64,000 nt of DNA from Leptonemataceae bacterium (GTDB lineage Bacteria > Spirochaetota > Leptospiria > Leptospirales > Leptonemataceae), in the NCBI GenBank assembly GCA_965227295.1, contig OZ245742.1, positions 3,680,001 to 3,744,000 of the forward strand, written 5' to 3'. Shown in pieces: positions 29,194 to 38,674 of the stretch. A program made the translations under genes and the position numbers. The notes beneath the pieces are model-generated. The model ran no database searches. It saw only the letters and a list, made by a program, of their open reading frames with translations, and was not told the DNA's origin. Positions within the stretch are counted from its first letter, which is position 1. Every line of letters begins with the position of its first letter.

Positions 29194-32100
29194 CTACAGC
29201 GCGTCCCGCATCTCGAACAACACGGGTGGAACCCAGTCGTCGATGATCGGTTCGCGCGTGCGATTGTCCCGGCCGGCCTGGAAGGCGAGGCGTACGTTGG
29301 TACGTGCGACCTCGTTGTCGAGGTTCATCTGACGCGCCGATTCGATGGCGCGGTAGTAATAACGCAGCGAGTTTTCTTCGAGTTCGCGCAGGTCCTGGAC
29401 GGCGCCGCCGCGCGCGCGGAGTTCGTTGTACTCCTGTTCGTAGACCGCCCCGATGTTGTTGTAGACCGCGGCCAGGGTTAGGAACAGATAACGTTGTTCG
29501 TCGTTCTGGGAGTCCGGCGTTTCGATGTCCTGGGCCAGGCGTTCGAAGTCCGATTGCAATTTCAGATAACTTCCGAGGGAGGCCCGGAGCTGGTCCGTGT
29601 GAAAGTAGGCGTTGCCGCGGCCCATCAACAAAACCGGATCCGCGTCGCCGCCGGTGGAAGCCGGATCGATGGCCTCCCACTGTCGCAGTGATCCCTCGAA
29701 ATCACCGCTCACGTAATCGATCCAGCCGATCCAATACGACATGTTCGTGCGTGCCGTTCCGTCCTTGATGCCTTCCTCGGCGGCGGCGGCGAAGTACTTG
29801 CGGGCTTCCGCCAGCTCGTCGCGGCGCGCCTGCATGGAAGCCGGCTCGGCCTGGTTCTCTCCGTGCGCCGGATAGATGCGCGTGTCCGGAAAACCGATCT
29901 TTGCATCTTTCGTAAAACCGGCGTAACGCAAAAATGCGATGGAGCCCATGTTGTATAAGATCTTTCCGTAATCGCCGGCGATGAGCGTCTCGTCCTCGGG
30001 GCGGTTGCCCGCCGTCTTCTGCCAGTTCTTGTGGATCGCGATGGACTCTTCGAAATACTGAATGGCTTTGTCGAATTCGCGCTGGTTCTTGTAGTACTCG
30101 CCGATGGCGTTCACGGCGAGCCAGTGGCGGCGATCGTGTTTGTGTGCATGCTGGAACTGGCGGAGCGCGCGCAGGGATTCGTTCTGGCGCATGAGATAGC
30201 GGCCGCGCTGATAAAAGCCCTCACCGTAGCTGTCACCCTCGATGGTTTCGCCGTCGCGCTCTTCTTCTTTCTTAAAGACCAGCTCGATCAAGTGCAGCGC
30301 GTTGTCTTTTACGTCCAGGCCGGAGAGCGCATCCACCGGATCCACCTGATACTTGATGCGCAGTTCGTCTTCATCGAGGTCGATGTAAAAACTCGCGAGC
30401 TTTGTCGTCAGGTAGATGGGCAGGTCTTCTTCGAGACCCAGGCTGCGAATCTCCCGGTGCTTGGCCAGGACTCGACGCGGATCGCCGTCGCGCTTCCAGA
30501 TTTCGATGAACGTATTCAGCAGGCCGGCGTGCCCGGCGATCTCCACCGGCGACGAGGCAATGATGCGATCGTACTCCAGCGCCGCCTCGGTGAAGTTGCC
30601 CGCGTTGTAGTGGATGTCGCCGATGCCCGCGATGGCCTCGACGTCGTTTGGTCGATTCATCAACGTGAGAATCAATCGATAGTAGTCGATGGCCAGATCG
30701 TCGTTTTTGTACTTCCGGCCGCCTTCGCCGTTTACGAAGTTCTGCGCGTGGTACGAATGAAAGCGTGCCAGATTCATGAGCGTTTGCCGGCGGAGTTCTC
30801 CGTCGCGGAGCCGGTCGACGATGTAGGCACCGGGAATGACCACGGTGCGCCGAATGTTGCTGCGGTCCGTCATTACGACGCGCACACCGGATTCTTCCGG
30901 AGCAGGATAGGGGACCGGCCACGCCTGTTTCTCCGGGGCGGTGATCAGCGGGGCCCGGCGATTGGGATCGGTCCAGCGGTTGCTGAGAATCGTTTCGCCG
31001 TAGGCAGGCGTCACACGGCCGAAAAGTTTTTCGAATGAGCGATCATAGAGGCCGGCCTTCATGTAGGCGATGCCGTAGCGATTGAGATAATGGCTATCGT
31101 AGCTGCCCCCGGCGGCAACCAGGGCTTCCTGGAACTTTTCCTCGGCGGCCGCGCCCAGGCTTTCGCGCTGGTCGACGTCCGTCCGCGCCTGGTAGAGCAA
31201 CTGCAGGCCCTGTTCGTATTTTCCGGCGATGTCCCAGGAACGGAGCAGTTGAATCGTTCCGATGGTGCCGACCAGGGCGAGGACCGCGGCTCCGACACCG
31301 GCCAGAATGAACTTATTCCGGCGGCGTTTGCGCGCCATCTCCTCGGGACTGAGCTCGTCCGCGTAGATGATCTGAACGCCTTCTTTGGTGACGTTCGAGG
31401 GCGTGATGTCCGGACGATAGCCCAGTCGCGCTTCGATGAAATCGGCGATCTGATCCGGCTCGGCCTGATCGATGATCATGTTCATCAGCAGGCGCTGGTC
31501 CGGCTGACTGATCTTTTCGTTAACTACTACGTCGATGACCGACTTCTTGATGCCCGGCGGATAGTCGGTGAGGGCCTGACGGATTTTGGCGAGGTCCTCG
31601 TCGGTAAACTCGTCGCCGATGCCGGATTCGAGCTGGGCCTGCTCGCTCATGTCGGCCAGGTCACTGGTATCCAGGGTGAGTTCGCCGGGATCCGCGGAGA
31701 TGTCCGGCGGAACACTCAGGTCGTCGCCGAAGTCGCCGAGCTCCCCGCCGAGATCGGGACCGCCGAAGTCGAAATCGTCTCCGCCGGCGTCCGCCGCCGG
31801 AGCCGGAGCCGTGGCATCGTCTTCACCGAAGTCACCGAGATCCCCGCCCAGGTCGCCCCCGGCATCGCCGCCGAAGTCCCCGAGGTCGCCGCCCAGATCG
31901 TCCCCGGTATCGCCGCCGAAGTCTCCGAGGTCGGCGCCGAGATCGCCCCCGGCGTCACCGCCGAAGTCCCCGAGGTCTCCGCCCAGGTCTCCCAGATCCC
32001 CCAGTCCACCGTCGCCGGCGTCATCCAGATCGCCGAAGTCACCGCCCGCGGCGGCTGCATCGGCATCTCCGCCAAAGTCGCCGAGATCGCCGAGACCGAA

Positions 32101-33033
32101 GTCGTCGCCAGTGGCCTCGGCTGCCACCGTGGGGTCATCGCCGCTCTCACCGAGATCAAAGTCCGTATCGCCGAATGATTCGGCCGGCATATCGAATTCG
32201 TCCCCGGTTTCCGTCGCCGTGTCCTCTTCGGCGGTTTCCCCGGGATCGCCCAGGTCTCCGCCGAGGTCGCCGAGGTCGAAGTCTTCATCGGTTGCCGGAG
32301 TTCTTTCGTCCGGCGTATCGCCCAAAAGATCGCCGAAGTCTCCGGCGTCAGCGGCCGGGTCACCGACATCGTCCGGCTGGAAATCGTCGAGACCGAGGCT
32401 CAGGTCGTCGGAATCCGCGGCGTCACCAGGTCCGGTGTCCGCGGTGTCCTCATCGCCGCCGAGGAGGTCGCCGAAGCCGCCGTCATCCAGGCCCAGATCG
32501 CCGAGATCGCCGGCATTCATTGCATCCGCGCTTGCATCCTCTCCGTCCGGCGCATCGCCGCCTGGATCGCCGAGGTCACCGAGGTCAAAATCACCGGCGT
32601 CTTCCGCATCGGGCGTAGCATCGTCGCCGCCGAGAGTCTGGCCGACGTCAAGGTCGGCAAGTTCGTCGACGTCGAAGCCTTCACCCTGAAGCAGGGAGGG
32701 ATCCTGTTCATCGCCTGCGTCTCCGCCGAGATCCGCAAAGTCGCCGGGGTCGTCCGGGGCGTCGCCGCCGAGATCACCGAGATCCAGGCCGGGACCGCCA
32801 GCAGCGTCGTCGGCGTCCGGTTCACCATCTTCCGGTAGCGTGGAATCAGCCATAAGCTGTTCCATATCGAACTCGGGCTCTTCCGGTTCCGGTTCGAATT
32901 CGCGCATATCCGACTCGAACTGCTCCTGCATCGGCGCAAAGACACCGGAAGAGGGTTCTTGCGTGAGCGGTTCGATAAGTTCCTGGATCTGTTCCAGTTC
33001 TTCGGGTGTGTACTGCTGCCCTTCGTCGGCCAT
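29194..33033 (-). CDS. flcA: Periplasmic flagellar collar protein FlcA-like
   Basis: Long acidic D/G/L/F N-terminus, FTDEDLAKIRQALTDYPPGIK segment, single TM, then TPR region; architecture of spirochete FlcA. Confidence 0.7.
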   Translation of the reverse strand: MADEGQQYTPEELEQIQELIEPLTQEPSSGVFAPMQEQFESDMREFEPEPEEPEFDMEQLMADSTLPEDGEPDADDAAGGPGLDLGDLGGDAPDDPGDFADLGGDAGDEQDPSLLQGEGFDVDELADLDVGQTLGGDDATPDAEDAGDFDLGDLGDPGGDAPDGEDASADAMNAGDLGDLGLDDGGFGDLLGGDEDTADTGPGDAADSDDLSLGLDDFQPDDVGDPAADAGDFGDLLGDTPDERTPATDEDFDLGDLGGDLGDPGETAEEDTATETGDEFDMPAESFGDTDFDLGESGDDPTVAAEATGDDFGLGDLGDFGGDADAAAAGGDFGDLDDAGDGGLGDLGDLGGDLGDFGGDAGGDLGADLGDFGGDTGDDLGGDLGDFGGDAGGDLGGDLGDFGEDDATAPAPAADAGGDDFDFGGPDLGGELGDFGDDLSVPPDISADPGELTLDTSDLADMSEQAQLESGIGDEFTDEDLAKIRQALTDYPPGIKKSVIDVVVNEKISQPDQRLLMNMIIDQAEPDQIADFIEARLGYRPDITPSNVTKEGVQIIYADELSPEEMARKRRRNKFILAGVGAAVLALVGTIGTIQLLRSWDIAGKYEQGLQLLYQARTDVDQRESLGAAAEEKFQEALVAAGGSYDSHYLNRYGIAYMKAGLYDRSFEKLFGRVTPAYGETILSNRWTDPNRRAPLITAPEKQAWPVPYPAPEESGVRVVMTDRSNIRRTVVIPGAYIVDRLRDGELRRQTLMNLARFHSYHAQNFVNGEGGRKYKNDDLAIDYYRLILTLMNRPNDVEAIAGIGDIHYNAGNFTEAALEYDRIIASSPVEIAGHAGLLNTFIEIWKRDGDPRRVLAKHREIRSLGLEEDLPIYLTTKLASFYIDLDEDELRIKYQVDPVDALSGLDVKDNALHLIELVFKKEEERDGETIEGDSYGEGFYQRGRYLMRQNESLRALRQFQHAHKHDRRHWLAVNAIGEYYKNQREFDKAIQYFEESIAIHKNWQKTAGNRPEDETLIAGDYGKILYNMGSIAFLRYAGFTKDAKIGFPDTRIYPAHGENQAEPASMQARRDELAEARKYFAAAAEEGIKDGTARTNMSYWIGWIDYVSGDFEGSLRQWEAIDPASTGGDADPVLLMGRGNAYFHTDQLRASLGSYLKLQSDFERLAQDIETPDSQNDEQRYLFLTLAAVYNNIGAVYEQEYNELRARGGAVQDLRELEENSLRYYYRAIESARQMNLDNEVARTNVRLAFQAGRDNRTREPIIDDWVPPVLFEMRDAL
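31826..32000 (-). repeat. Intragenic degenerate 45-nt tandem repeat (about 4 units, GGDLGDFGGDxGxDL)
   Basis: ccgaagtc recurs at 45-nt spacing (31826, 31871, 31916, 31961). Confidence 0.75.
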
Positions 33034-33111
33034 AGTGATGTGAGCTATTTTTGCGGGTGATCGAGAAAGTTGTTAATCGATAACGGTTAAATTATCGACA
33101 TAATGTCGTAG

Positions 33112-34017
33112 ATGGTTCGCGATCATTTCCCGTTTTCCGTCGGATTTGTAAGCCGACTTTTGCCGTCCGGCCTGGTATTTTTTCTGATTCTGGCCGCCGT
33201 TCCGGAGCCGCGCTTCGCCCAGACCGCCGAAGACGCCTCGGAATGGGCCGGGGCCTACAATTCCGAGGATGCCGGTCTGGAAGAACCCCTGGACACCGGG
33301 CGACGAAAACAGGTCTACACCCTTCAGAACATCGAGACCCTGCGGCGCGCCGTGCGCCCGCGCTACGTGCGGGTGCTGAATCCGCGTCACTACGCCTCCG
33401 GCGATTCGGGATACCGTTCCTATTTGCAAAAGGGCATTCTGTTTACTTACGCCAGCTATCGTTCCCGGCGAGTCTTCCTCTCCGGCGACTTCAGCAACTG
33501 GGGCAACATCCCCATGCGGCGCAACGAGATGGGTGTGTTTTACCACATCCTCCCGGTCCGCGAGCTCGAGGCCGGGCGAATCATCGAGGCTTATCGCTAC
33601 AAGTTCCTGGTGGACGGCATCTGGACCGCCGATCCCACCCATCCGAATACCGAAGACGACGGCCTGGGCGGCTCTCTCTCCGTCTACTATCTGGACGATA
33701 TCGATGTCAACCGTCTGGCGACCGTGCGCGTCTTGAAAGAACGCGAGCCCTCTTTCGAGCGGCTGGTGGAGTTTGCGATCTATCTGCCGGATGCGGAGAA
33801 CCTCTCGCTGGTGGGCGAGTTCAACAACTGGAATCCGGAGCACGATTTCATGACGAAGGGCGAGGATGGTGTCTTTCGTCTGCGAATGCGATTGCGTCCC
33901 GGCGGGTACGTGTATAAGTTTGTCGCTGACGGTAAATGGATTCTCGACAAATACAACGAAGAAACGCGGTACCACGAGATCCTGGGCGAACTCTGCTCCT
34001 TCCTCGAAATCGAGTAG
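33112..34017 (+). CDS. Protein with two CBM48/glycogen-binding-like domains
   Basis: VFLSGDFSNW...YRYKFLVDGIWTADP and LVGEFNNW...YVYKFVADGKWILD. Confidence 0.85.
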   Translation: MVRDHFPFSVGFVSRLLPSGLVFFLILAAVPEPRFAQTAEDASEWAGAYNSEDAGLEEPLDTGRRKQVYTLQNIETLRRAVRPRYVRVLNPRHYASGDSGYRSYLQKGILFTYASYRSRRVFLSGDFSNWGNIPMRRNEMGVFYHILPVRELEAGRIIEAYRYKFLVDGIWTADPTHPNTEDDGLGGSLSVYYLDDIDVNRLATVRVLKEREPSFERLVEFAIYLPDAENLSLVGEFNNWNPEHDFMTKGEDGVFRLRMRLRPGGYVYKFVADGKWILDKYNEETRYHEILGELCSFLEIE

Positions 34018-35993
34018 CACTCGCCGCACTGCTGGCTCTGGCCCTGCCGGTCCAGGCGTTCGTCTCCCAGGATGCCCCGCTGGCCCAGACCCCCGAACCG
34101 CCGCCGGAGCAGACACCGGAACCGCCCGCCGAAAACGTCCATCCCCTGGACGGGCCCATTCACATCTCCGGGAGCTTCGGCGAGTACCGCAAGTTCGGTC
34201 GTTATCACCACGGTCTCGATTACAAGACGTTCAACCGTAACGGCTTGCCGGTACGGACGCCCTTCGACGGTTTCGTAGATCGTGTGCATGTCTCGGATCG
34301 TGGTTACGGCTTCGGTCTCTTTCTCACCGCGCCGGACGGAACACGCACCACCTACGGTCACCTCAACGATTTCGACTGCGATCAACCGGACCTGGAGCTT
34401 CTGCGCCGTGCGATGCGCCTGCTCACATTTCGTCGCGGCGTGATGGTGGGCATACCTCCGCGTTGGTTTCGCTTCAAAGCGGGAGACTGCATTGCCCGGA
34501 GCGGGGAGTCGGGCTCGGGGGCGCCGCACCTGCATTTCGAGGTTTTCCAGAACGGCCGGTTCATCGATCCGTTGTCGCTCCAGGGCCTGCACGTGGGGGA
34601 CCGCGAGGCCCCGCATCTGCTTAATCTGTACGTAGATCGCGCCGGTGGGGAGATACTCCGTTTCCCTGTGCGGCGCGTCGTGGAAGACCCGGAAACGAAA
34701 CCACAAGAACTCAGCGACCGTGACTTAGTGCGCGGCGGCACCGCAGTGGATGCCTCGCTGTCGCGGGGCGATCGACCGCCACCGGAGACCGTTCGTTACG
34801 AAATCGATTCCAATGCGGAAGACCTGCCGGAGCTCCGGGCCGGCGATCGCGTGCGGTTGCTGATCGGAGCTTATGATCGAATGGCGGCGCGAAATCGCAA
34901 TGGCGTGCGCCGGCTGAAGCTCGTCGTAGACGGCCGTGAAATCTATCGTCAGGACATCGACGCGCTGAGTCGCGGCGATCTCGTGCGATCCAGTACCGTC
35001 TACCATACGGCCCGGACGGTCATCGGCAACGAGTACGTGTATTTGTTGTACCGTGGGAGCGGCCGCTTCACGGCCGGGCAGCCCATCGAGGTTACCGTGA
35101 GCGATGCATCGGGCAACCAGGCGGTGCTGGACGTGCGCTTGCCGCTTTCCGGGGAATCCGGGCCGTCCCGGGAATCGCGCCGGGAAGAGAAACGCCTGCG
35201 GCCGGAGGTCCCGTTCCAGACCGTGCCGGCCGGCCGCACGACGAAGCTCCAGGCCGGCGACGCTGACGCCAGGATGGAAGTTCGCTTTGATGCGCGCAGC
35301 CTGCACGAGACCGGCGAAGCGCGCTTCTTTCGATTGAACGCGGCTCCGGAAAATACGCGCGGCCAGTTCACGCGCCCCGAGGAGGGCGTTTCCGGGGCAG
35401 GGAAACGCGCGGGCATTTACTCTCCGACGGGGCCGGTCTTTGTCCTCGAAGGGCGGGACCTGTTTTATCGCAGCGGGGCCTGGGCGACGGCCGAATTCCC
35501 GGACGTGCCGGAAGTCGACGGCCGCGTGGCGTTGTACGTTTATAATTATACTCTGGAACGATGGTTGCTCGTGGCCTTCCCATATCGCCGCCGTGCGACG
35601 ACCGACGATCGTCCCGGGCGTCTGTACTATCGTTTCAACATGCGTTACGAAGGACCCCTGGCGCAACTCCGCGACCACAGCCCGCCGCGGCTGCTGGACA
35701 AACCGCTCTGGGACGATCCGACGATCACCAACGAGCGCGGGACCGAGTTCGTGCGCGAGTACATGATCGCCGACGCGGGCAGCGGCTTCAGCAGGGCCGA
35801 CTCGCAGGTTCTGGTCGACGGCCGGCCGGTGCCGTTCGAGTACGTGCGCGACCGCGCGGTGATTCGTGTGGCGTTGCCGAAGTCCCTCGTGCCGCAGCAC
35901 GGGGTGGTGATCTCGGTGCGCGTGGGGGATCACGGCGGTAACACGGCGCCGTGGTTTTTCGATTTCCTCGAACCGCCCGCCGCGACGGATTGA
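33936..35993 (+). CDS. M23 family metallopeptidase (start uncertain)
   Basis: SFGEYR..HHGLD, TYGHL, SGESG..APHLHFE. Confidence 0.88.
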   Translation: MDSRQIQRRNAVPRDPGRTLLLPRNRVALAALLALALPVQAFVSQDAPLAQTPEPPPEQTPEPPAENVHPLDGPIHISGSFGEYRKFGRYHHGLDYKTFNRNGLPVRTPFDGFVDRVHVSDRGYGFGLFLTAPDGTRTTYGHLNDFDCDQPDLELLRRAMRLLTFRRGVMVGIPPRWFRFKAGDCIARSGESGSGAPHLHFEVFQNGRFIDPLSLQGLHVGDREAPHLLNLYVDRAGGEILRFPVRRVVEDPETKPQELSDRDLVRGGTAVDASLSRGDRPPPETVRYEIDSNAEDLPELRAGDRVRLLIGAYDRMAARNRNGVRRLKLVVDGREIYRQDIDALSRGDLVRSSTVYHTARTVIGNEYVYLLYRGSGRFTAGQPIEVTVSDASGNQAVLDVRLPLSGESGPSRESRREEKRLRPEVPFQTVPAGRTTKLQAGDADARMEVRFDARSLHETGEARFFRLNAAPENTRGQFTRPEEGVSGAGKRAGIYSPTGPVFVLEGRDLFYRSGAWATAEFPDVPEVDGRVALYVYNYTLERWLLVAFPYRRRATTDDRPGRLYYRFNMRYEGPLAQLRDHSPPRLLDKPLWDDPTITNERGTEFVREYMIADAGSGFSRADSQVLVDGRPVPFEYVRDRAVIRVALPKSLVPQHGVVISVRVGDHGGNTAPWFFDFLEPPAATD

Positions 35994-35999
35994 ATGCAC

Positions 36000-36228
36000 A
36001 GGCTTAATGTACACTGGCCTTAACTTACACCACGATTCGGGGCGTAAGCGAACGAATAAACGTTTCCGGTAGTTCAAGAGCCGTGTTTCGCGGCGTTTGC
36101 CGTTAGACACATAAGGTAAGTTGCGCAATGCTGAAGGGACTTTTTTTGCTACGGCTGAGCGGGAGTTGTGGATTTTCGTTTTGCTAAGTTAGTCCGCCTC
36201 GACCCGGACGTCGGTTTGCGGCTCAGTT
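36000..36228. repeat. Non-coding direct repeat, copy 1
   Basis: Blocks 36000-36045, 36120-36188 and 36199-36228 match copy 2. Confidence 0.9.
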
Positions 36229-36327
36229 ACCGTAGCGATTCTTACGGCGAAGACGCCGTTCCGGTGCGCGCCCCACATTTCCCCGGCATGACCTCCGTGG
36301 TCGCCTGGAACCAGTTGTACCCATAAA

Positions 36328-36497
36328 AGGCTTAATGTACACTGGCCTTTACTTACACCACGATTCGGGGCGTGCGCAAACTACCCGTGTTGCGCAATGC
36401 TGAAGGGACTTTTTTTGCTACGGCTGAGCGGGAGTTGTGGATTTTCGTTTTGTTAAGGATGCTGCATTCGACCCGGACGCGGGTTTGCGACTTCGTT
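36328..36497. repeat. Non-coding direct repeat, copy 2
   Basis: Blocks 36328-36373 (45/46 identical), 36389-36457 (68/69) and 36468-36497. Confidence 0.9.
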
Positions 36498-36504
36498 GAG
36501 AAAC

Positions 36505-38553
36505 CTACGCCGGGTCCACCCAGGCGTCGTTGTCTTTCAGGAGTTGCACCAGTTCGGCGTCGGCCCGGTCGGAGGGCACGTTTGCTTTGACGATCTCTTT
36601 GCCCTTGTACAGATGAATGTGGCCGGGAGCCGCACCGACGTAGCCGAAGTCGGCGTCGGCCATCTCGCCGGGGCCGTTGACGATGCAGCCCATCACCGCG
36701 ATCTTTACGCCCTTGAGGTGGCCGGTCTTCGCCTTTATGCGTGCCGTGGTGCTTTGCAGATCGAAGAGGGTGCGCCCGCAGGATGGACACGAAATGAATT
36801 CCGTTTTCGACAACCGCATGCGCACGGCCTGAAGCAGGTCCAGGTTCAACGCGAGCAGTTCGTCCGGAGTCGCCGGTTCTTCCACAATCGTAAGCAGGCC
36901 GTCGCCGATACCGTCGAGCAGCAATGCCCCGCCGTGAATGGCGGCGTCGTAGACGGCGTCTTCCACGGTTGCGTGCGCACTGCGCAGCAGGATCGGGAAC
37001 AGATCCGCGCCGTGATCGCGATGTCGCGTTTGTAACGCAGCCGCTAAGATGCGCACGACGGCGGTCTGGCTGAGTCCGTCGCGGGCGTTCGTCGCGAGGC
37101 CGGCGGAGTAGACGACGTGAGCGGAAAGATCCTGCATGATCTTCTCCAGGCGCCCGACTTCGGCCGCATCGGCGTTCGTGAAGAGGAAGTTCAGGAACAG
37201 GGTGCGGTTCCCCACGGCGGTTCGAATCCCGGCGAGGGCCGTCTCATCCTGCGCATCCGCGAGATCTATGTCCAGTGCGATGCCCGCGTTCGCCGGAAAC
37301 TCCGCGGTTGATGCCGCATTCCGCGCGAAACCGAGGTCGATGATCCACGCGGCGTCGGGTTGCTCCGGCAACTGATCCGGCCGGCCTTTGACGTAAAACG
37401 CATCGGCGCCGCCGTCTTTCAGTAACTGCAACTGACCCGAGGTTACGGCGTGAGCGTTCACCGGCAACACGATCCGGTGCTGGTGCTTCGAGCCGAGATA
37501 CAACGGGCCGGTCTGCACGGCCTCGGAAAGAAAGCGTTCGTAGACGTAGGGGTTGACCGTTTCGTAAGCGGCGCGCGTTAGATGATCGGCCACCGCTACG
37601 GGCTGAGGCCCCGTGGTCGTACCCGGGGCGGAACGGGCGTGCATTTCGTTGTAGTACGCGGCGATGCGTCGTGCCGCGGGAATTTCGTACACCGCGTCCT
37701 CCGTAAGGGATACGCGAATCGTGTCGCCGATGCCGTCGTTGAGTAGCGCGCCGATGCCCACGGCGCTCTTGATGCGTCCGTCGCGGCCGTCGCCCGCCTC
37801 GGTGACGCCCAGGTGTAGCGGATAGTCGAAGCCTTCGATGTAGTAACGTTCGATCAGCAGACGGTAGGCCTGGATCATGACCTGCGGATTCGAGGCTTTC
37901 ATGGAAACGACGATGTCGTGAAAATCCTCGGCACGGGCGAACTGGATAAACTCGACGGCTGATTCCACCATGCCCTGGGGGGTATCGCCGAAGCGATTCA
38001 TGATGCGATCCGAAAGTGAGCCGTGGTTCGTGCCGATGCGCAGCGCACGGCCCAGTTCCTTCGCGCGGCGAACCAGGGGGCGAAACGTCTCGCGCACGCG
38101 CTCCAGTTCTTCGGCGTAGGCCGCGTCGCTGTATTCAAGGACTTTGAATTTCTTTTTGTCCGCGAAGTTGCCCGGATTGATGCGGACTTTCTCGACGTGT
38201 TCCACGGCGATGAGCGCGGCCTTCGGGGCAAAGTGGATGTCCGCCACCACCGGAAAATCGTAACCACGCTTGCGGAGTTCGGCTTTGATATTCGCGAGGT
38301 TCTCCGCGTCCTTCGGTCCCGGTGCGGTAATGCGCACGAGTTGCGAGCCGGCTTCGTAGAGCTCAATGGCCTCGCGGACCGTGGCTTCCGTGTTCATGGT
38401 GTCGGCGACGGTCATGCTCTGGAGGATGATGGGATTGTTCCCACCGACTTTCACGCCGCCGATGTTCACCTCGCGGCTTTGAAAGCGGCGGTAGACGAAC
38501 GGGGAGTCGATATAGCGGCCGGCGGGGCGAGACGCGGATGCAACCGGAGACAT
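36505..38553 (-). CDS. ispG: HMBPP synthase IspG, long form
   Basis: VADIHF, KVRINPGN, RIGTNHGSL, HLGVTEAG, GIGDTIRVSL, CPSCGR, MGCIVNGPGE. Confidence 0.96.
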   Translation of the reverse strand: MSPVASASRPAGRYIDSPFVYRRFQSREVNIGGVKVGGNNPIILQSMTVADTMNTEATVREAIELYEAGSQLVRITAPGPKDAENLANIKAELRKRGYDFPVVADIHFAPKAALIAVEHVEKVRINPGNFADKKKFKVLEYSDAAYAEELERVRETFRPLVRRAKELGRALRIGTNHGSLSDRIMNRFGDTPQGMVESAVEFIQFARAEDFHDIVVSMKASNPQVMIQAYRLLIERYYIEGFDYPLHLGVTEAGDGRDGRIKSAVGIGALLNDGIGDTIRVSLTEDAVYEIPAARRIAAYYNEMHARSAPGTTTGPQPVAVADHLTRAAYETVNPYVYERFLSEAVQTGPLYLGSKHQHRIVLPVNAHAVTSGQLQLLKDGGADAFYVKGRPDQLPEQPDAAWIIDLGFARNAASTAEFPANAGIALDIDLADAQDETALAGIRTAVGNRTLFLNFLFTNADAAEVGRLEKIMQDLSAHVVYSAGLATNARDGLSQTAVVRILAAALQTRHRDHGADLFPILLRSAHATVEDAVYDAAIHGGALLLDGIGDGLLTIVEEPATPDELLALNLDLLQAVRMRLSKTEFISCPSCGRTLFDLQSTTARIKAKTGHLKGVKIAVMGCIVNGPGEMADADFGYVGAAPGHIHLYKGKEIVKANVPSDRADAELVQLLKDNDAWVDPA

Positions 38554-38674
38554 ACTGCTAAATAAACGCGGGTTCATACGCAGACAACCAGAATCCTGCG
38601 GGCCCGCAGTCTTTTGGGAATATCCATTCACAATGTAATTGACTGCTGCCCGCCGATGAAAAGAGCATTAAGAC

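Noticed and set aside
31586..32689. 367-aa Ser/Pro-rich ORF (SPRSPP)
   Set aside because: Antisense shadow of the FlcA-like GDLG repeats
36075..36105. c-di-GMP-I riboswitch (minus strand GGCAAAC...GAAA)
   Set aside because: The following GACGCAAAG and P3 are absent, and there is no downstream gene in that orientation
36000..36497. CRISPR array
   Set aside because: Only two long units, unequal inserts, and no cas genes in the window
36353..36790. ORFs spanning repeat copy 2
   Set aside because: They overlap the ispG 3' end, and the 59-nt length difference between copies does not preserve frame
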